A stretch of 64,000 nt of DNA from a virus. Of the stretch, positions 19,766 through 28,700 are shown piece by piece. The notes under the pieces were generated by a model that worked only from the letters and a program-made list of their open reading frames with translations, was not told where the DNA came from and ran no database searches. The position numbers were made by a program, and so were the translations under genes. The stretch is taken from IMG/VR virus record IMGVR_UViG_3300031519_004372, positions 71,782 through 135,781 of that record; one strand, written 5' to 3'. Positions within the stretch are counted from its first letter, which is position 1. The number at the start of each line of letters is the position of its first letter.

Positions 19766-20875
19766 ATGGCAAGTTTAAAATCATTATTAAGTACTAAATC
19801 TATTATAACAGAAGGTACATCAGAAACCAATATAGAAAAAGGTAGAGTATGGGGATTTACTCCTATGAACCACAGTGAAGTTAATAATGGCGGCATGAAA
19901 TTTTTTGGATGCCAAATTATTACTAATGACACTGATGTAGTAAACATTGAAGTTGAAATGTGGGGAGCTGGCGGGCGAGGTGGCAGTTGTCATTGTTGTT
20001 GTGCAGCAGGCCCTGGAGGAAATACAGGCTCGTATGTAAGATTTACAATACCAATGACAAGAACTGGTTATATATGTATAACAGGAATGAGAGCTTGTAA
20101 CAGCGGTAGCCATTGTCAGTGCGGTGGACAAGGCAGTTCTACTTGTGCTGAAATATGTCCAGGTTCAGTATCAGCGTGTACATATGCGTGTATGTGTGCT
20201 TGTGCTGAAGCTGGTTTAGGTGGCAGACAAATGTGTATTGATGGCGGCCAGTCTATGTATACATGTTTAAAAAATATGGGAGCATGTTATACAGATAGTT
20301 TGGATCTCGATGGTAATGCTGTAGGTGCTGGATGTGGAATAATTTGCAACTACGGTACAGGTACTTGGCCTAACGACAGTAATTTACCTCAATCTTATGT
20401 TTCAACTCATGCTGGCAGCATGTCAAAAATTACATGTTGTCCTTCATTAGCATCATCTGCTGCTAAGATGTATTTTGGACACTGTAACTTGTGTTGTTGG
20501 AATTGTCATAGACAAGTAATATCCACAGCTCCGATGAGATATTCAACTTGTGGTGGCGAAATGCAACTTAACCATGGATGGAACGATTACATGTCATACG
20601 AAGGTAGTGCATTTGGTCAAATGGATGCAGCAGTACAAGGCCTAAGTAGAGCTCCAACTTCGGGAACAAGGTCAACTCGTTGCTGGGCAGGTGACAAGAC
20701 GTGTACATGTTATGAAACACAAGGCTGTTGGTCTCCATGGCCAGTGGCGCAACCTTCACCAGCTACATTTGCATGTACATCAGTTAGGGCACACGGATGG
20801 GCCGGAGGACACGGCGCAGTAAGAATTAAATATTTAGGAAACCCATCTTCTTATACCAGTGCTGGCGAAGGTTAA
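19766..20875 (+). CDS. Cys/Gly-rich putative fibre-tip protein 3
   Basis: 369 aa with 32 Cys (manual count); VEMWGAGGRGG.C.CCC, CMCACAEAG, CTCYETQGC. Confidence 0.65.
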   Translation: MASLKSLLSTKSIITEGTSETNIEKGRVWGFTPMNHSEVNNGGMKFFGCQIITNDTDVVNIEVEMWGAGGRGGSCHCCCAAGPGGNTGSYVRFTIPMTRTGYICITGMRACNSGSHCQCGGQGSSTCAEICPGSVSACTYACMCACAEAGLGGRQMCIDGGQSMYTCLKNMGACYTDSLDLDGNAVGAGCGIICNYGTGTWPNDSNLPQSYVSTHAGSMSKITCCPSLASSAAKMYFGHCNLCCWNCHRQVISTAPMRYSTCGGEMQLNHGWNDYMSYEGSAFGQMDAAVQGLSRAPTSGTRSTRCWAGDKTCTCYETQGCWSPWPVAQPSPATFACTSVRAHGWAGGHGAVRIKYLGNPSSYTSAGEG

Positions 20876-20886
20876 TGGTTAACCTA

Positions 20887-20894
20887 TATAAATA
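20887..20894 (+). promoter_or_regulatory. T4-type late promoter (one of many TAAATA boxes)
   Basis: TATAAATA. The same box lies upstream of genes at 2360, 5098, 12227, 17371, 24444, 24873, 38881, 40690, 44083, 44822, 47879, 50153, 51744, 57457 and 58843, and on the - strand at 38866 and 40627. Confidence 0.75.
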
Positions 20895-20927
20895 CAGTAC
20901 TACTTTACTTAATTAAGGAATGAAAAA

Positions 20928-21590
20928 ATGCTAACAAAAACTTTTACTTACATTTACCCAAATGAACCTTGGAACCCAAGTGTAACAGACGGAAACTCTG
21001 TTACAGTAACTTGGAAAGGACAACGGTATTACACTTTTAGTGTAAAAACTGCAACTGGCGAAGTCTTTGCAATTGAAGATCAAGCTGATGATCTTGACCA
21101 GTTAACAAATGATTTACCTAATCAAATACACGAAGGACATACTTTTCATATATTAGATGCAAAAGAAAATCCAGAGGTAGCAGCACTTCTGATGGGAGAT
21201 GATACTATTCCTGCAAAAGATGCAGCTGGCGGTATTCCAGATTATACGTTTGAAACTCCAGGTAGTGACCAAGATTATGTATTTGAATATAATACTAATA
21301 ATTTTGTAGCTAGTTGTCACTCAGGCGGCTTATTGTACAATGTTTCATCAGGAGCATTTACAATGCCTCCATTTTTAACGCATATGATTCAAAAAGAACA
21401 ACTTTTTGATGGATACGAAGCAGATGCAGCAAGAGTTGATGCCACACTAGCAGATAGAGAAGACGAATTTACTGCGGCTGAGGTAACGATATTAAAAGCA
21501 CATTCAATTTGGCTTAAAGGTGTAAGAGCAGCGTATGCAAATATTGATGCTTGGAAAATTCCTTATCCAAATCCTGGTATTCCATACTAA
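20928..21590 (+). CDS. Hypothetical protein, possibly a tail-fibre assembly chaperone
   Basis: 220 aa acidic protein directly after the Cys-rich triad; helical C-terminus ending in WKIPYP, loosely like Tfa/gp38 chaperones. Confidence 0.4.
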   Translation: MLTKTFTYIYPNEPWNPSVTDGNSVTVTWKGQRYYTFSVKTATGEVFAIEDQADDLDQLTNDLPNQIHEGHTFHILDAKENPEVAALLMGDDTIPAKDAAGGIPDYTFETPGSDQDYVFEYNTNNFVASCHSGGLLYNVSSGAFTMPPFLTHMIQKEQLFDGYEADAARVDATLADREDEFTAAEVTILKAHSIWLKGVRAAYANIDAWKIPYPNPGIPY

Positions 21591-21685
21591 GAAAAAAAGC
21601 AGTTCATAATTAAGTAGGGCCTTTGGTCTCACTCTATAAGTAGTAGTATAATGTACAAATACTACAATCCAAAAGGAATTTATAG

Positions 21686-22633
21686 ATGAGATCAAAGGCT
21701 TTTTTTGTCAACGGGGGTTACGGCAGGGTAGTTAGTTCTATTCCTGGTTTTGAACTTTACGCTAAAGAATCAGGAGATGAAGACTTTATTATTGTTTGTG
21801 AAGGCGGAACTGATGCATTCAAAGGACATCCTGAATTAGACCATCGTGCTTATGATAACTGGCACAAAAACTTATTTAAAGAAAAATTAATTGATAAAGA
21901 TATTATATCACCTGAACCATATCGAATATGGGAATACTATAATCAAAAAGCTAGTTTAGCTCAAGGTTATGATATTGCAATTAATAACAAAGGTTTAAGA
22001 GATTTACCAAAACCAAGAATGTTTCTATCAAAAGAAGAAACACTTATGGGTAGACAAATAGTTAATCAAGTAAAAGAAAAATTAAAAAAAGAAAAAGTTG
22101 CAATTATTCAACCATTTGGTAGAGGAATAACTCACGTAGATAACACATTTGTTGACAACACTGGACGAAGTATTGAATACAAAGATCTTAAAGAAATAAT
22201 TAGAAAACTACAAGAAAATGATTTTGCTGTAGTAACAATGGCAGAAATGGGATTTGACTTTACTAAAGATAAATTTAAAGACGATGTTGCAATGCCAGAA
22301 TCAGTTTCGTTAAGGCATTGGTCTGCAGCAATTAAATTTGCCAATCACTTTATTGGATGTGATAGTGTTGGACAACACCTGTCGTATATTATGGACACCC
22401 CTTCAACAATTATACTAGGTCCTACATATCCTATAAACGTATCTTATCCTGATTGTGATTACTTTAATATTGTTGATTTAGGTCAAAACGGTAGAGTATA
22501 TGATCCAATTAGAATAATGCCAGACGAAACTACATCAAGACACAACGAAAATTTAATGTCGATGAGTAAAGATATTGTTGAATATGTAATTGACAGAGTA
22601 TTAGGAAAACCAATAGAGGAAGATGATGAATAA
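21686..22633 (+). CDS. GT9-like glycosyltransferase (ADP-heptose heptosyltransferase family)
   Basis: 315 aa; N-terminal GGYGRVVSSIP and C-terminal SLRHWSAAIKFANHFIGCDSVGQHLS...TPSTIILGPT match the GT9 pattern SL.E..A.I..A...IG.DSG..HLA.A...P...LFGPT. Confidence 0.7.
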   Translation: MRSKAFFVNGGYGRVVSSIPGFELYAKESGDEDFIIVCEGGTDAFKGHPELDHRAYDNWHKNLFKEKLIDKDIISPEPYRIWEYYNQKASLAQGYDIAINNKGLRDLPKPRMFLSKEETLMGRQIVNQVKEKLKKEKVAIIQPFGRGITHVDNTFVDNTGRSIEYKDLKEIIRKLQENDFAVVTMAEMGFDFTKDKFKDDVAMPESVSLRHWSAAIKFANHFIGCDSVGQHLSYIMDTPSTIILGPTYPINVSYPDCDYFNIVDLGQNGRVYDPIRIMPDETTSRHNENLMSMSKDIVEYVIDRVLGKPIEEDDE

Positions 22634-24446
22634 TAACAACAACACTAAAACACAATGGATAGCTGGAATTGCTAGAGGACACAATTCAGGAATTTGTTTA
22701 TTAAAAGATGGAGAAGTTGTATTTTCAATTGAAGAAGAACGTTTGAGCCGTAATAAATATGACGGTGGTCCACTAGCGTCTATTATTAAAATTTTAGAAT
22801 ATACAGATAGATTAGATTACTTAGTTGTAGCTCATACTCAGCCGTTAAGTGAATCATCACCCAAATTAGAATTTTCCTCAGATGATGTATATACAGGACT
22901 GTGTAAAAAGTTAGGATTAATTGACAGAGGCCACCGCGGACAGAACAACCATCCACAAGTTGTTGATGTATCAGACAAACATCATCAATTACATGCAGCC
23001 TGTGCATTTTATAGAAGCGGATTTGACGAAGCTGTGGGTGTAGTAATTGACGGCGCAGGAACATTTATACCAATGTCCATTGCTGGTTCTGATATGTATG
23101 GATACGAGACGGAGACATTGTTTAACTGTTCCTATCCTGCAACCTTTCAAACAATTGGAAAACATATTGGTACTAGGGGACCTCATGGTATAGACTTTGT
23201 TATGTCAGATGATAAAGAATCACCGTTTGAGATAACAGTATCCGACCGTGCAGGAATAGTTAAGGTATACGAAGCAGTTACTCAGTATTGTGGATTTAGT
23301 GCAATTGAAGCAGGAAAAACTATGGGACTATTTCCATACGGAAAACCAAACGATAAAATTCCAAAATTATTTGACGATATGGGCAGAGTACCATTGTCAA
23401 ATAGAAATTTAGTTGCACCTACTTATCCTAACGCAGCAGTAGTAAACGAAAATTTATATACTGAACTAGCAACAGGTACTATATTTGACGGCTCTCCTAA
23501 CGGGGAGAGGGTTGACTTAACTCTTTTAGAAAATCGAAGAGACCTAGCATATGCATGTCAAATTGAAACACAAAAAGCAGCATCTGCAGTCATTAGAGAA
23601 GCAGTTGAAAGAAGTGGTAAAAAGAAAGTAGTAGTCAGCGGCGGTTACGGATTAAATTGTGTTGCTAACTACTTTTATCTAAAAGATCTAGAAGACTTAG
23701 ATATTGAACTTTATGTAGAACCAGTGTCTAATGATGCAGGCACAGCTATGGGTGCAGCTATGATGATGTATCATCAACTTTCTAATAGTACAGAAGTATT
23801 GCCAAGAACAGATAGTTTATATCTAGGACCAAAATATGATTATAAGCCGCAACAACTAAGGACAATTGCTAAAAATTATAATGCAGAAGTAACAGATGCA
23901 ACTAATGAAGATATTATAGAATTAATTACATCTAGAAAAATTGTTGCAATATTTCAAGGACGAAGTGAAAATGGACCACGTGCATTAGGAAACAGAAGTA
24001 TCATGTACGATCCAACTGACCCTCATGGTAAAGACTATGTTAATGAAATTAAGCACCGTGAATATTTTAGACCATTTGCAGGTAGTATACTAGAAGAAGA
24101 CGTACACGAATGGTTTGATTTACGTGGCATGGAAAATTCTCCTACAATGATGTATGCTGTTAATTGTCAGCCTGGCATCGAAGAAAAGATTCCGGCTATT
24201 ATTCACGTTGATGGAACTTGTCGTATTCAAACTGTTAACAGGGAACAAAATCCGCATTACTATGATATTATTAAAGCATTTAAAGAAAAGACAGGGTGTC
24301 CAATTATCTTTAATACTAGCTTTAACTTAGGTGGCGAACCTTTAGTTGAAACACTAGAAGATGCATTATGGACATTACAACAAAGTAGAATAGAATATTT
24401 GTATTTGCCGGAATATAATTCTTTATTTACTTTGCTAAACGAATAA
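22623..24446 (+). CDS. O-carbamoyltransferase (NodU/CmcH/TobZ family)
   Basis: 607 aa; HNSGICL...EEERLSR.K, HH.LHA..AFY.S, IDGAG, GKTMGL.PYG, SGGYGLNCVAN, NDAG.A.GA, RSE.GPRALGNRSI, REYFRPFA, HVDGT.RIQTV, NTSFN..GEP.VET. Confidence 0.92.
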   Translation: MMNNNNNTKTQWIAGIARGHNSGICLLKDGEVVFSIEEERLSRNKYDGGPLASIIKILEYTDRLDYLVVAHTQPLSESSPKLEFSSDDVYTGLCKKLGLIDRGHRGQNNHPQVVDVSDKHHQLHAACAFYRSGFDEAVGVVIDGAGTFIPMSIAGSDMYGYETETLFNCSYPATFQTIGKHIGTRGPHGIDFVMSDDKESPFEITVSDRAGIVKVYEAVTQYCGFSAIEAGKTMGLFPYGKPNDKIPKLFDDMGRVPLSNRNLVAPTYPNAAVVNENLYTELATGTIFDGSPNGERVDLTLLENRRDLAYACQIETQKAASAVIREAVERSGKKKVVVSGGYGLNCVANYFYLKDLEDLDIELYVEPVSNDAGTAMGAAMMMYHQLSNSTEVLPRTDSLYLGPKYDYKPQQLRTIAKNYNAEVTDATNEDIIELITSRKIVAIFQGRSENGPRALGNRSIMYDPTDPHGKDYVNEIKHREYFRPFAGSILEEDVHEWFDLRGMENSPTMMYAVNCQPGIEEKIPAIIHVDGTCRIQTVNREQNPHYYDIIKAFKEKTGCPIIFNTSFNLGGEPLVETLEDALWTLQQSRIEYLYLPEYNSLFTLLNE

Positions 24447-24456
24447 ATATTATATA

Positions 24457-24858
24457 ATGTTTAGTTTATCAAAATTTTTTAATAAAGGTCTTAAAGACAG
24501 TTTATTGTTTGCTTCAAACGGTGCAATGTCTCATAATGGTCCCTGGAAACAAGTTTATACTGATACCTTAATAGACAGGTTTCATGTTAGTGACTTTTCA
24601 TCAGCAGAATATACTATCTCGGTAGATTTTAATAAAGATAAAAAAGAAATACTTAAAGTCTTAGTAACTGCAAGTTTAGACACTGCTAGTGTTGTAATTT
24701 ATGCAAGGAACAATTTAGATATTGATCTTGTTAATATAACTGCTACTGTAAATAATAGTTATGTTGATATTATCGCTAATCCTACAGCATCAAATGAAGG
24801 ATCTAAGATAATTTATACTGTGCAATATTTTCAAAATCAAAATCCTCAAGTTGTTTAA
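24457..24858 (+). CDS. Putative virion structural protein
   Basis: 133 aa; IDRF...DFSSAEY.I beta-sandwich pattern common in phage fibre proteins; late promoter immediately upstream. Confidence 0.55.
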   Translation: MFSLSKFFNKGLKDSLLFASNGAMSHNGPWKQVYTDTLIDRFHVSDFSSAEYTISVDFNKDKKEILKVLVTASLDTASVVIYARNNLDIDLVNITATVNNSYVDIIANPTASNEGSKIIYTVQYFQNQNPQVV

Positions 24859-24903
24859 CATTTATAATATGATAAATATGTTAACTAGGAGGATTAATAG
24901 GAT

Positions 24904-25791
24904 ATGCCAACAGTTACAAATAAACAACTAGAGTCTACGTACGGTTTTAAAAGTACAGGCTTTTCTGTAGATAATGCTGGAAATATAACAGCTCTGTCAC
25001 TTGTACAAACAGGAGCTGCAGCAGTTGATCCGGAAACGCCTGCAACCTATACTATAACCGAAAACGGATCTAATACTGCATATATTTGGGCACCTGGTGC
25101 TACAGAAAATCCTACACTAACATTAGCAAGAGCTGCATCATATATTATTGACTTAACTTCGTTAACAAACGGAATATATTTTTATAATGGTGCAACACAG
25201 TATAATACAGGACTTACACATTCAGACGGATCTACAGGAACAACAGCCCAAGGAAAAACTTCCGGACGACTAGTTTGGGCAATATCAACTAGTGCTCCAA
25301 GTACGTTAACTTATAGAAATTTATCAGGAACAATAACAGGAACAATTAATGTAACTGATCCTATAGGACAATTTGCTACTGTTACAATTAACGATACTAC
25401 TACCTCAACAAATAGTACAAACGGTGCTTTAACTGTAGCAGGTGGCATAGGTATATCGTTAGACTCTAATTTTGGAGCAGACGTGGGTGTTGCAGGAACA
25501 CTTGCTGTTCCTAATGTATATAGTAGTTCTTCGTTAAGTTTAGATGCAGCAACATCTGTGTTACTTAAAGTTGCAGGAACAACTATAGGAACTCTAACAG
25601 CAACAGGAATGGCTGATATGGCTATAAATAACAGTAGTATAAACAATAGTGTAATTGGCGCAATTACTCCAACAACAGCTAGTTTTACTTCGGCTATAAT
25701 AGCAAATGCCCCGACAACAAAAACATCGGGAACAAATAAAAAATACGTAGACGATACTGCAATAGCTTTATCAATAGCACTTGGGATTTAA
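24904..25791 (+). CDS. Putative virion structural protein with a cupredoxin-like beta module
   Basis: 295 aa; NPTLTLAR..SY.IDL ... AP.TLTY ... G.I.V; C-terminus KKYVDDTAIALSIALGI; TAAATA and AGGAGG upstream. Confidence 0.55.
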   Translation: MPTVTNKQLESTYGFKSTGFSVDNAGNITALSLVQTGAAAVDPETPATYTITENGSNTAYIWAPGATENPTLTLARAASYIIDLTSLTNGIYFYNGATQYNTGLTHSDGSTGTTAQGKTSGRLVWAISTSAPSTLTYRNLSGTITGTINVTDPIGQFATVTINDTTTSTNSTNGALTVAGGIGISLDSNFGADVGVAGTLAVPNVYSSSSLSLDAATSVLLKVAGTTIGTLTATGMADMAINNSSINNSVIGAITPTTASFTSAIIANAPTTKTSGTNKKYVDDTAIALSIALGI

Positions 25792-25796
25792 ATAAG

Positions 25797-28700
25797 ATGG
25801 CAAAAAAACAGATAAAAGATTACATTTTTAAACCAGGTATAAGTGCATTAGCCTATGTTTATCCAGATGCGTATAGTTTATTAAGTCAAAATAAATCATA
25901 CTTACAAGCAGAAGCTACAGCTTGGATAGCAGCACAAGTTGCGGCTGGAGCATCAGGATTTGTAGGTTATACATTTAACGAATCAAAATGTCAACGAGAT
26001 TTAGGATATATTATTGATGCATATCTTAGTGATTTACGATATGGCGGCAACCAAGAAATACGCAGAGTTGTTGGTTATTACTGGGATCAAACTACTGCAC
26101 AAGTAGACGGCGACAGACAACCAGAAATACAAACTCATACAGAAATAAGAAATATAATAAACAATTATATATTAACTAATACTGCACATACTTCGTTACA
26201 GTCTACCGTAGCCCAAGTAATTGACGGAACTAAGACTGCTGAGACATCGTCATCGTTTACAGCAACAGACGGAACATATGTTCCAACAACCGGCAACATG
26301 ACTATAACAATTGGGTCGCATTCACTTACTGTAGGAACTGAATTATTTATTGCACCAGCTGGGATAACATTTACTTGTGCGTTAGACGGAAATGCAACAT
26401 TGCATCCTTATCCAAGAGCATCTGGCGTTCCTAATAATACTGGGAAAGATCCATTTTATTACGCTCCAATAACAATTTCAGCAGTTACAAGTACTACTGT
26501 CACAATTAACGTAGGTATTTCATCAGACACGACACTACATACATTTAGTAGTGCTGTAACAGATTCGATATCAGCTGGACCTATTAATAAAATTAGTACA
26601 CTTGCATTTAACGTAACTGATGTTATTACAACAGGATTAACAGCACTACCAACTTTAGTAGAAACAGGTGTTTCTACAATTAAGATACAAGGTAGATACG
26701 AAACTAATGAATTATTATTATTTACTAATACTACTCGAAATGAACTAATTTATAATTTTTCTACAGTAGACCTAGGCGGAACTATTTCGCAAAAACTACA
26801 CGGCGAAGATACTGATTTTTCAAAATACTTACAAACTACTGACGCAGTAACTACAATAACTCTTGTTAAAGATACATCGACACATTTAAGTACTGATGAT
26901 ATTCAAATTTTTGTTGAAGATGAATTTATACGTACTAAACCTTATGACTTTGGGGTTGATGCAATTGAACGTCAACGTGTAGCAGCTCCATTAGCTATGC
27001 TTGATGCTGACTTTGAGTATGGTCTACAGCCAACTAAATGGTCAGCTATTGGAACATTAAGAGGATACCCTAGTGTATACGAAGTTCCAGGAACTGACTC
27101 CCAGGTATTAAATATAATTACAGACGCAAGTGCTGGAACAGATGGCGTTGGCCAAAGTTTAATTACAGTTACAACACTTTCGCCACACGGTTTCCTCGAA
27201 GGTGATCCGTTTACTTTAAAAGCTCTAGAAAATTCTATAGCAGGAGCTGCAAGAGCAGAAGGTAGTTTTGTTATTTCTTCAGTACCAACAACAACTTCAT
27301 TTAATTACTATGCAAAATCAAAAGTTGGTACAGTATCTGGACAAGTGCTAGTAACCACTTATTCGCAATTAAGGAAAGCAGGCTTTTACACTGGAGCATC
27401 AATTGGTAGTCCAGAATCAGGCGTAGCAATTCAATCGTTTACAGTATTAACTCAAGGAACTTCGGGAACATTAACATCGGAACTAAGTACTCCAATAGGT
27501 AGTACATTAGTGCCATTTGACGGAGTAAGTCCAGAAATTGGAGCTCCATTGGTTGGATCAGGAATACCAACTGGTTCGCAGGTAACTGGAGTTATTGATC
27601 AATCAGCAGGTGGCGGATCGTACTTAACTCCGGTGTTATCAGTAGATGTTCCTTCTGGTTCAACATCTATGACAGTAGTTGATGGAACAGGTATACTTGA
27701 AGATTTAGCATTAGATGATGGATCAGGAACTGCAATATTTGTTGAATCTGTAGTCGGTAATGTTATTACATTATCAGCACCTACTACTCAGCCATATGTG
27801 GGCAACACTGTTTTATATTCAGGAGTAACTGGTACTAACGTTTCATCAACTGGATCAGGATTAAGATCAACAATAGATTCCGACGGCACAGATTTTACAG
27901 TAAATGTTATTACCGCCCCTGGATCTGGATATAGTGTTGGCGATAATGTTAAAATATCAGGAATAAATTTAGGTGGAACAACTCCTACTAACGATTTATT
28001 ACTAAGAGTTACAACAATAAACTTAGGCGGTGGAGCAACTGCACTCGCTGTTGTTTCCGGAACACCTTTTGATGGAGTAGCATCATATACAGGCCTAGCA
28101 CCTACTACAACCGGCGGTGCAGGAACTGGAGCAACTTGGGATATTGCATTTACAGATAACTCGTTTGCTTCTATAACATTAGCAAGTGGAGCAGTTCCTA
28201 CAGGTTATGTAGTAAATGATAGAATTCAGTTTTTAGGTTCTACATTTAATGGTTTAGGCTTCGCTGGCGCTGTTGATGGAACGCATGATCTTATTGTAAC
28301 AGTAACAGCAGTTAATGGAACTGGCGCACCAACTTCAACATCACAAACAGGTACAGCTCCTGATGCAAATAATCAATATGTTATTAATGACGATAGCACA
28401 GAAATGGTTATGTCAGCAGCTGGTTCGCACTTAACATTTAGTAACACCGCAGCAGCTGATGCATTAAGAACAGCAGGTGACTATCTTGGCGTAACCGGTA
28501 CAAGTGGAGGCTCGGGAACTGTTGGAACTTTTGATATTACAGTTAATGCATCAGGAGCTGCAACTAATATACAAAGAACATATGACATTGGCTCAGGTCA
28601 TACTATTGGTGACACAATTACTATTGCAGACAGTGCATTAGGAAATGGCGGAGCTGCAAACTTAACTTTTGATGTTGCTACTATTGGAACAGGCACAGGA

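Noticed and set aside
7413-20875. Diversity-generating retroelement acting on fibre genes
   Set aside because: No reverse transcriptase in the window, and the repeat pairs seen are exact rather than differing at adenines
21623-21662. Promoter for the GT9-carbamoyltransferase pair
   Set aside because: TATAAT (21647-21652) has only a weak -35 match and TACAAATA (21655-21662) is an imperfect late box; the class cannot be assigned, so it was not listed as a feature
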